Positions 1 through 5,497 of a DNA stretch of 29,240 nucleotides are shown here, piece by piece (position 1 is the stretch's first letter; the number at the start of each line of letters is the position of its first letter). Position numbers and translations under genes: made by a program. Under the pieces are notes generated by a model that saw only the letters and a program-made list of their open reading frames with translations, ran no database searches and was not told the DNA's origin. Origin of the DNA: a virus; IMG/VR virus record IMGVR_UViG_3300045988_021367, positions 1-29,240 of that record; one strand, written 5' to 3'.

Positions 1-55
1 TATCTCTTTCTCTATCTCTTTCTCTATCTCTTTCTCTATCTCTTTCTCTATCTCT
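1..55. repeat. 12-bp tandem repeat TATCTCTTTCTC (4 full copies + 7 nt); on the minus strand GAGAAAGAGATA = E-K-E-I, in frame in the replisome organizer gene
   Basis: Direct reading of nt 1-55. The same array is at 29188-29240. Confidence 0.95.
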
Positions 56-489
56 GTTGGACACTGGTTGGACATCGGTTGGACATTGTCCAATTTGGTT
101 GGACATTGTCCAACTTTGCGTTGTTTGCGCTTGTATTGTGACCAGTTTGTCTCTTGTTCGAGGAGGGCTTCAGCTTGTGGAAACCTAGCATTTCCGTCTG
201 TGTCGATTTGGATAAGACCACATTTTGTAAAGTAAGCCATTGTCATGTTGACATCATCCTCGCTAACATCTAACTTAAGTGCTAGCTCTTGAATTAAGTT
301 GTCCAAATAGCCTTCATAATACAGAACGCAATCAGTTTCTAAACTCTCAAGCATGAGTCGGATATAAATTACGGTCATTGCATAGCCACCGCTCATGTCC
401 CTAAGTCTTTTAATAAACAAGTTGTCAAAGAATTTTTTATCAAATTTAAGCCAAAAATAGACTTTTGTTTTAGTTTTATTCTTAGTCAT
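1..489 (-). CDS. Phage replisome organizer, 5' portion (gene crosses the window junction; 3' portion is 28825..29240)
   Basis: ATG at 487-489 with GGAG 12 nt upstream. Hand translation MTKNKTKTKVYFWLKFDKKFFDNLFIKRLRDMSGGYAMTVIYIRLMLESLETDCVLYYEGYLDNLIQELALKLDVSEDDVNMTMAYFTKCGLIQIDTDGNARF... fits the phage replisome-organizer N-terminal domain pattern. Frame stays open for 163 codons to nt 1 and ends in EI(EKEI)4. Confidence 0.85.
   Translation of the reverse strand, partial: MTKNKTKTKVYFWLKFDKKFFDNLFIKRLRDMSGGYAMTVIYIRLMLESLETDCVLYYEGYLDNLIQELALKLDVSEDDVNMTMAYFTKCGLIQIDTDGNARFPQAEALLEQETNWSQYKRKQRKVGQCPTKLDNVQPMSNQCPTEIEKEIEKEIEKEIEKEI
56..113. repeat. Iteron cluster, putative origin of replication embedded in the replisome organizer gene
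   Basis: GTTGGACA at 56-63, 67-74, 78-85 and 98-105. Two perfect 15-bp palindromes TTGGACATTGTCCAA at 79-93 and 99-113. Confidence 0.7.
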
Positions 490-492
490 TTA

Positions 493-501
493 TGTTATAA
501 T
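493..501 (+). promoter_or_regulatory. Candidate extended -10 promoter TGTTATAAT on the plus strand (antisense to the replisome organizer 5' end)
   Basis: TGnTATAAT match, no good -35. Overlaps the complement of the replisome organizer start region, so it could be fortuitous. Confidence 0.3.
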
Positions 502-523
502 CTCCATAGAATGTTTTTTTACG

Positions 524-548
524 ACACGGGCAATTACCCGTGTTTTTT
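524..548 (+). terminator. Rho-independent terminator with plus-strand polarity
   Basis: ACACGGG-caatta-CCCGTGT (7-bp stem) followed by a T-run on the plus strand. On the minus strand the hairpin is followed by an A-rich tract. Confidence 0.6.
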
Positions 549-551
549 AGT

Positions 552-696
552 GCTTCAATCCGCACCCAGCCCCCGATGTGCTTCGTTAATATTCAATTTC
601 ATAAGAAGGTAGTTTTGGCTTTTATTTATATTTATTTTTGGGGTATAAGGTATTTAGTTGCACTCCGCACACCGAGGTGTGGCTACGGATTGAAAC
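552..696 (-). other. Long-range inverted repeat enclosing about 110 nt of AT-rich sequence; putative structured leader upstream of the replisome organizer
   Basis: 552-567 GCTTCAATCCGCACCC pairs with 681-696 GGCTACGGATTGAAAC. Pairing is 13/16 on the plus strand and 15/16 on minus-strand RNA, because two C-A mismatches become G-U. Inner hairpin CACAC-cgag-GTGTG at 668-681. Confidence 0.35.
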
Positions 697-712
697 AGCT
701 AACGATATTACT

Positions 713-853
713 TTAAATTAATGTCTTTCCTAATCCGTGTGCCTTGTTGTATCGGTCACGGCTAGGCTCTGATGCATTTTTTTCAAAAGTCCATTTTGGC
801 ACTTCTGTTTCTGTTTGCTCTTTTACAAATAGCCATTTAAGTAGTTTTTTCAT
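713..853 (-). CDS. Small hypothetical protein, 46 aa (below the ORF-track cutoff)
   Basis: ATG 851-853 with GAGAGGAA 6 nt upstream; TAA at 713-715. Translation MKKLLKWLFVKEQTETEVPKWTFEKNASEPSRDRYNKAHGLGKTLI. Confidence 0.5.
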   Translation of the reverse strand: MKKLLKWLFVKEQTETEVPKWTFEKNASEPSRDRYNKAHGLGKTLI

Positions 854-886
854 TTTTGGTTCCTCTCTATATCGTTCAAGTTAGTA

Positions 887-1096
887 TTAGTAGTTGAAAA
901 AATACTCAACAATATCATCTTTTGAAAGATCTAATAACTCAATAGCCTTAATGATTTCTTCCTGATTCCACAATCTTTTTCCATTGATTTTAAAAGATGT
1001 TGTGGTTTGAGTTTTTCCAATAGCTTTCGCAAAATTTTCTTGAGTTCCGTATTTTTCTTTAATACGTCCTTTTAATTTATCGTATTTAAACTCCAT
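887..1096 (-). CDS. Small HTH protein (Cro/MOR-like, DUF739-like pattern)
   Basis: 69-aa ORF with AAGGAG SD. GTQENFAKAIGKTQTTTSFKINGKRLW is a helix-turn-helix pattern. Has its own promoter upstream. Confidence 0.8.
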   Translation of the reverse strand: MEFKYDKLKGRIKEKYGTQENFAKAIGKTQTTTSFKINGKRLWNQEEIIKAIELLDLSKDDIVEYFFNY

Positions 1097-1126
1097 TCGT
1101 TTCTCCTTTTTTAACTTTATGGTTTT

Positions 1127-1155
1127 ATTTTAAACTATATTTTTTAGTTTGTCAA
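1127..1155 (-). promoter_or_regulatory. Sigma-70-type promoter for the 887..1096 gene and the downstream replication genes
   Basis: Minus strand reads TTGACA - 17 nt - TAAAAT. Confidence 0.6.
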
Positions 1156-1219
1156 CAATTTTATTCTATTTTTTTAAAATTTTTTTATCTTTTATTGAAA
1201 CTCAAACGTTTTAATGCTT

Positions 1220-1762
1220 TCAGTCACTCGTTTTTTCAAGAGCTATAATCTCTTTTTGTTTTGGCGTTTCACGAATCTCAAACGGTGTAAAATCATCGTA
1301 AGACAAATCTCTCAAGAATTGCATAGCTTTCTCAGCTTCAACGTGTTTGATGTTAGTGTATTTTGTGACGTTAAAAGCTTTCTTCAAGCGTGAGTACATC
1401 AAGCGAATAAATTGGCCTTTCTTTGAAGCAAACAGATTATCACTAGGGTGTGATTTCTGATTATCGAAGTACATATCTGCGAACACGCCAGCTTTTTTGA
1501 AAACAATACTCTTGATTTTAGAAGCTTCACCGTCGTCAATATGGACCTTCTTATTGACTTCCTCTACAAGCAACTCAATGTCAGTTAGTTTTTGATTTGT
1601 CTTTTTAACATTTCTGTCCATTTCTTCCTTAATTCCGATGATTTCTTCCAAAAGCTGTTGGTTAACGGTGCTTTGAGCAACCAGATTCATAGCTTGTTTC
1701 TTCTGCATTTCTACTGTTTCAGCGAGTAGATTTTCTTTTTTCTTATATTTCTTCTTACTCAT
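1220..1762 (-). CDS. ORF6C-domain protein (domain found at the C-terminus of phage antirepressor-type proteins), N-terminal coiled coil
   Basis: 180-aa ORF with AAGGAG SD. C-terminal HIDDGEASKIKSIVFKKAG...LMYSRLKKAFNVTKYTNIKHVEAEKAMQFLRDL fits the ORF6C pattern. Confidence 0.7.
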   Translation of the reverse strand: MSKKKYKKKENLLAETVEMQKKQAMNLVAQSTVNQQLLEEIIGIKEEMDRNVKKTNQKLTDIELLVEEVNKKVHIDDGEASKIKSIVFKKAGVFADMYFDNQKSHPSDNLFASKKGQFIRLMYSRLKKAFNVTKYTNIKHVEAEKAMQFLRDLSYDDFTPFEIRETPKQKEIIALEKTSD

Positions 1763-2699
1763 TTATGATTTCTCCTTCTATGATTGTTCTTCCATCTTCT
1801 GGAATAATCTTGTTCATTTCATCTAACCAGTTTTCAGTAAGCGTCAAGATGTCTCTGAGCTTTTCAATCTGAGCGTCTTTTCCAATGCCTTGGATAAGGG
1901 TTTTAAATCTAAGCGGTGCCATTTCTTCGTCAAAGAAGTTTTCAAACTTAGTTACGAGCTTGCTTAGGTTAAAGATATTAGTAACGCTGTTTTCTAGCTT
2001 CTCTTTATCAGCTCGTAAGTGCTCAATAGACTCTTTCAAGGCTAATGCTTCTGATGTTTCTTTTTCGAGCATTTCATAAGCTGCTTCCTTAAGTCGCAAG
2101 CTCCTTTTGACTGAATCAAGCTCGTATACTAGGTCTTTATTCTTTCCTAGCAATTGCTTGTTAAGGTCTTGCGTTGCTTTGTAATCTTGCGGAATGACTT
2201 CCTTTTCGATTATCTTTTCAGTAGTTTTGGTTTGTTTGACACGTTCCAACTCTCCCTTGACCGCTTCCAGTGCTTGGTCTTTGAGTTTTAGGCGGTGCTC
2301 AAGCTCTTTATATTCTTTGTGAGTTTTGATATCTCCGTTGAATACTGCTTGATTAACCTCTGGATTGGCAGATGGTTTAGATACTTGAGCTTGTAACGTT
2401 TTAGGCAAACTTTCGAATTTTTCAATATTTGCTTGTTCGTTTTGCGAACAAACGAAATTGTAATGATTGATATATTCATAAGCTTTGGTTTTTTTAAACC
2501 CTAAACTTCTATACCATTCTTCGAAGCAACCATAACCTCTAGTTGAAAGCTCCTCTTGAGCTTTAGCAAGTTGTTTTCCGATTTCGTAAGCACTCTTGCT
2601 TTGGATGCCGTAGATGATATTGGCACGTTCTTCTAAGAATTCTTTCGTCTTTGCATCGAGCAAAGAGTAGTCAAAATCATTTGTTGCTATTTCGTTCAT
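1755..2699 (-). CDS. DUF3102-like early protein with long coiled-coil C-terminus
   Basis: 314-aa ORF. N-terminal AYEIGKQLAKAQEELSTRGYGCFEEWYRSLGFKKTKAYEYINHYNF fits the DUF3102 pattern. Confidence 0.7.
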   Translation of the reverse strand: MNEIATNDFDYSLLDAKTKEFLEERANIIYGIQSKSAYEIGKQLAKAQEELSTRGYGCFEEWYRSLGFKKTKAYEYINHYNFVCSQNEQANIEKFESLPKTLQAQVSKPSANPEVNQAVFNGDIKTHKEYKELEHRLKLKDQALEAVKGELERVKQTKTTEKIIEKEVIPQDYKATQDLNKQLLGKNKDLVYELDSVKRSLRLKEAAYEMLEKETSEALALKESIEHLRADKEKLENSVTNIFNLSKLVTKFENFFDEEMAPLRFKTLIQGIGKDAQIEKLRDILTLTENWLDEMNKIIPEDGRTIIEGEIINE

Positions 2700-2739
2700 A
2701 TTGTTCCTTTCTAACTTGGATTTAATTCAAGTTTTAAAA

Positions 2740-2943
2740 TCAAAAGCCATACAAATCAGACGATTTAATGTGGTATTTATTACAAATATTTGCCATATTC
2801 TTAGGAGAAATAGAAAGTACATTCTTCTCCCATGCACTCACCGTTTGAGGCGTAGTGCCAACGGTTTTAGCAAACTCCTCTTGTGTCAAATTGTGACGTG
2901 CTCGGAGTTCTTTGATTGTAATTTTTGGAACTACTTCTGTCAT
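2740..2943 (-). CDS. Cro-like XRE-family HTH regulator, first gene of the early operon
   Basis: 67-aa ORF with AGGAAGGAGG SD. LTQEEFAKTVGTTPQTVSAWEKN is a classic XRE HTH. A strong promoter lies just upstream. Confidence 0.85.
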   Translation of the reverse strand: MTEVVPKITIKELRARHNLTQEEFAKTVGTTPQTVSAWEKNVLSISPKNMANICNKYHIKSSDLYGF

Positions 2944-2976
2944 TTTGTTCCTCCTTCCTAACTAACTTACAAACAT

Positions 2977-3005
2977 ATTATGGCTTAAACAAAATTCAAT
3001 GTCAA
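2977..3005 (-). promoter_or_regulatory. Early promoter (PR-like)
   Basis: Minus strand reads TTGACA - 17 nt - CATAAT, about 30 nt upstream of the cro-like SD. Confidence 0.7.
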
Positions 3006-3055
3006 CAGTTTTCTTGATTTTTTTTCAAGTTTTTTTGATTTTATTATTAAACATC

Positions 3056-3084
3056 TTGAAAATTAGTAAAACATACTATATATT
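3056..3084 (+). promoter_or_regulatory. Divergent plus-strand promoter (orphan PL-like) with no gene behind it
   Basis: TTGAAA - 17 nt - TATATT. Flanked by the 10-bp inverted repeat ATCTTGAAAA (3053-3062) / TTTTCAAGAT (3128-3137). Confidence 0.35.
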
Positions 3085-3214
3085 GTTCTTTGTATGTATC
3101 CATTGTTTTTTTATTTTTTATCGAATGTTTTCAAGATTGTTTTCAATCCATTCAAGTCGATTCTGAAGCCCAGACGGAAACTGTTTTTATAAAAAAATTA
3201 TATATTTTTTTGCA

Positions 3215-3245
3215 AAACAAAAACCCTGACTAATTCAAGTCAGGG
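3215..3245 (-). terminator. Rho-independent terminator (minus polarity)
   Basis: CCCTGAC-8 nt-GTCAGGG (3224-3245). On the minus strand it is followed by TTTTTGTTTTG. Confidence 0.7.
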
Positions 3246-3324
3246 CAAGAGAGAGTTTATCGAAGACTACAGCCTTTTACTGTATTCATTAATATAGTAG
3301 CATTTCTATTAAAATAAAGCAAAT

Positions 3325-3369
3325 AAAAAAACCTCCCATCAGAACGTATCTGCGCGTATGCGTGGGAAG
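3325..3369 (-). terminator. Terminator-like hairpin plus U-run (minus polarity), 3' end of a candidate ~50-nt RNA
   Basis: Minus strand reads CTTCCCA-24 nt-TGGGAGG followed by TTTTTTTATTT. The loop is large for a canonical terminator. Confidence 0.4.
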
Positions 3370-3383
3370 CCATTGATATATGT

Positions 3384-3392
3384 ATTATAACA
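3384..3392 (-). promoter_or_regulatory. Candidate extended -10 promoter TGTTATAAT (minus strand)
   Basis: Perfect TGnTATAAT with a poor -35. Lies about 15 nt upstream of the 3325-3369 hairpin. Confidence 0.35.
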
Positions 3393-3537
3393 CAAAAAAA
3401 CAAAAGGAGGTCTTAAAACCCAATAAAGAAAATCCTACCAAAAACATTTAGACCGAAACAGGTCACCATCCCAAAAAATCAAAAATTCCATGAAGAGTTT
3501 AACCCTTGGCACTTTGACGCTTACGAAATGATATAGA

Positions 3538-3568
3538 AAGAGTCGACTAAAATAGCCGACTCTTTTTT
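3538..3568 (+). terminator. Rho-independent terminator with plus polarity and no upstream plus-strand gene
   Basis: AAGAGTCG-11 nt-CGACTCTT followed by TTTT on the plus strand. Confidence 0.65.
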
Positions 3569-3637
3569 ATATGAATTCCCTTTTCGTGCACGCACTTATA
3601 TAGGGCGCTGAACTAAATCAGTCTAACACCTTTTGCA

Positions 3638-3657
3638 CTAGATAAAACTTTATCTAG
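3638..3657. repeat. Perfect 9-2-9 inverted repeat CTAGATAAA-AC-TTTATCTAG (operator-like)
   Basis: Direct reading. Lies at about +7 to +26 of the candidate promoter at 3671-3699. Confidence 0.9.
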
Positions 3658-3670
3658 GTTATCCAATTAC

Positions 3671-3699
3671 ATTTTATCAAATTATTATTTATGAGTCAA
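3671..3699 (-). promoter_or_regulatory. Candidate sigma-70 promoter immediately after the late-operon terminator
   Basis: Minus strand reads TTGACT - 17 nt - TAAAAT. No ORF follows. Confidence 0.45.
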
Positions 3700-3701
3700 A
3701 C

Positions 3702-3728
3702 AAAAAAGCCCCAGCATAATGCTGAGGC
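3702..3728 (-). terminator. Rho-independent terminator of the late/lysis operon
   Basis: Minus strand reads GCCTCAGCA-tta-TGCTGGGGC (one G-U pair) followed by TTTTTT, about 80 nt after the endolysin stop. Confidence 0.8.
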
Positions 3729-3810
3729 TTCGACCACTACTGCCATGGTATCCCTACTGCAGTGTGAGGGGAGGTGATATACTCCTTTTTTATTTTATAG
3801 TTTTCGTGGT

Positions 3811-4656
3811 CTATTGGTAATAGTTTACCAAATCATCTTTATTCCAGCAAGAGAGCCAAACCGTACCAAATTGTCCAAACTCAAAACGTCGGTAGTAATA
3901 TCCACCATAATAGCCACCTTCTCCTGTGTCTGTGATGTTAACTTCATCACCGGCAAAACTAAAGAACATGCCTGCCTTGAAATCTTTAGATTCTCCGTCA
4001 GGTAAGTCATTTCCATCTTTATCAACCCAGTTAACCATATCAACAGGCACCCCATTGTCATAAAAATTAAAGCCAATAGGTGCTAAATAGTCACATTTAA
4101 TTTGCCAAATGCCGTTAACGAATTGAACTTCATTAGCTTCATAGTAAGCCTTTTGTTGTGGTGCTACTGCTGTATTGGCTTGGTTATTCGTTTGTGTTGC
4201 TGAGTCAGAATAACGCCAAACTTCAATATATGCAGGCTTGTTCGCGGCATAGTAGTCGTTCCAAGGGTATGTACTGATAGCTTGACCTACTGCTCCTTGT
4301 GTTGAATAGTCACAACTAATGAAGTTAACACTATCCATCATGACACCAACGTGTCCACCAGCTCCACCCGAAGTAGACATATCTGCTCCCCAAGACATTA
4401 ACACAATATCGCCTGTCAAGGCGTCCCAATCCTGATTAATACTTACTCGATAGAACCCATTTTTGGCAAGTTGTTGACCAAGGGTTACCGTTGATGGTAG
4501 ACCTTGAATACCAATACCAGCTTCTTTTAAGGCTTGTGAAATCGAACCAGAGCAGTCAGCAGTACCGTCTGCACCGTTACGTGACCCATACATTGAATAG
4601 GTCAATTTGCCTCGATGGTTAACAAACCAATTTACGATAGATTGTTGTATGTTCAT
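3811..4656 (-). CDS. Endolysin: N-terminal Amidase_5-type peptidoglycan hydrolase domain plus C-terminal cell-wall-binding region
   Basis: 281-aa ORF. GKLTYSMYGSRNGADGTADCSGSISQAL ... GGAGGHVGVMMDSVNFISCDY matches the Amidase_5 pattern (as in Dp-1 Pal / BK5-T-type lysins). Last gene of the late operon, adjacent to the holin. Confidence 0.9.
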   Translation of the reverse strand: MNIQQSIVNWFVNHRGKLTYSMYGSRNGADGTADCSGSISQALKEAGIGIQGLPSTVTLGQQLAKNGFYRVSINQDWDALTGDIVLMSWGADMSTSGGAGGHVGVMMDSVNFISCDYSTQGAVGQAISTYPWNDYYAANKPAYIEVWRYSDSATQTNNQANTAVAPQQKAYYEANEVQFVNGIWQIKCDYLAPIGFNFYDNGVPVDMVNWVDKDGNDLPDGESKDFKAGMFFSFAGDEVNITDTGEGGYYGGYYYRRFEFGQFGTVWLSCWNKDDLVNYYQ

Positions 4657-4657
4657 A

Positions 4658-4900
4658 CTATTTCCCTTCCTTATCGTCTACTGGTTTGATGTAAGTCAAT
4701 GCTCGTTCGCTATCAGCGATTCCTTTAGTTGTTGGGTCTGTCACTATACCCAAAATCACCAAGATTGTAATAATAGTATTTACCGCATCTTGGATATTGT
4801 GTGGAATATTAAGCCCGAATTGTTGCAACGCAAGAAACACTGCTGAGATAAGAGCTACTAGTGTAGTTTTATTTTTTAGTCGTAATTTTAAATTAATCAT
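4658..4900 (-). CDS. Holin (Phage_holin_1 / phiLC3-type pattern)
   Basis: 80 aa with two hydrophobic helices. The DPTTKGIADSERALTY motif is typical of this holin family. AAGGAG SD. Confidence 0.85.
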   Translation of the reverse strand: MINLKLRLKNKTTLVALISAVFLALQQFGLNIPHNIQDAVNTIITILVILGIVTDPTTKGIADSERALTYIKPVDDKEGK

Positions 4901-4916
4901 TTTCTTTTTCTCCTTT

Positions 4917-5333
4917 TCAATTTCTCACTTCTAAAATAATGTACTTACTATATAAGGCATCAATATACCCATTGCCACCTAATTTCTTATAGTTGGAATG
5001 CATTTTATGAATGATATCAGAAGTATGAACAGTGGTATACCCACGATTCAATTCTGATTTTATGTCACGCTCTAAGCGTGTGTACATAGTTACCAAGTGC
5101 GCTTCATCATGCACTACCAGCTTGTCGTTTAATTCGTTGATTTTTTTGCCATTAAAATCTCCTAAACCTTGAACGACGTCAACTGATGTTTGAATGGTAT
5201 TTAACTCTTCTTTCAGCTTTCTAAATTGCTCTTTGTTTAAATTAGATGACTTGCTAGCTTGCATTCCAAACCAGCCCGTCGCAACCACCCCAAAAGTCGG
5301 GGCTAGGCGAGCTATGATATCAGAAACACTCAT
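4917..5333 (-). CDS. Membrane-anchored hypothetical protein of the lysis cassette (possible holin partner)
   Basis: 138-aa ORF with N-terminal hydrophobic segment APTFGVVATGWFGM. Weak SD. Confidence 0.6.
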   Translation of the reverse strand: MSVSDIIARLAPTFGVVATGWFGMQASKSSNLNKEQFRKLKEELNTIQTSVDVVQGLGDFNGKKINELNDKLVVHDEAHLVTMYTRLERDIKSELNRGYTTVHTSDIIHKMHSNYKKLGGNGYIDALYSKYIILEVRN

Positions 5334-5497
5334 CTTTTATTTTTTACCCCCATTTTTTAAAAATTAAGCCTCTGTAGAAGTATCGGCCAAAATTTCATTT
5401 TCCACTTTATAACGCAACTATACTATAACGGATTTATTCCTTTTTTGTGTTTACACAACTTATTTCACACTACCTAATTCGAAGAAAAAGTGAGTTT

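Noticed and set aside
1-55. Tandem 12-bp repeats at both window ends as a CRISPR array or terminal inverted repeats of a mobile element
   Set aside because: The repeats are contiguous with no spacers, direct rather than inverted, and in frame ((EKEI)n) inside the replisome organizer gene. No cas or transposase genes are present.
3489-3497. CTCTTCATG (minus strand) as an attP core; it matches 8 of 9 nt of my recollection of the phiLC3-type core TTCTTCATG
   Set aside because: Too short to be meaningful, imperfect, and my memory of the core sequence is unverified. It needs alignment with real attP/attB sequences before any claim.
3405-3530. Plus-strand AGGAGG (3405-3410) and short plus-strand reading frames ending before the 3538-3568 terminator, as a remnant integrase or small gene
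   Set aside because: No start codon at a usable distance from the SD. The longest frame (about 40 codons, ...FHEEFNPWHFDAYEMI) has no start and no motif I recognise. Treated as part of the non-coding scar.
5334-5497. 164-nt gap after the receptor-binding protein gene, containing the TTGTGT-AA-ACACAA palindrome and tiny ORFs (13 aa)
   Set aside because: The palindrome has a 2-nt centre and is followed by an A-run on the coding strand, so it is not a terminator. The mini-ORFs lack convincing SDs. It possibly holds a lysis-cassette promoter, but I could not find a credible -35/-10 pair.
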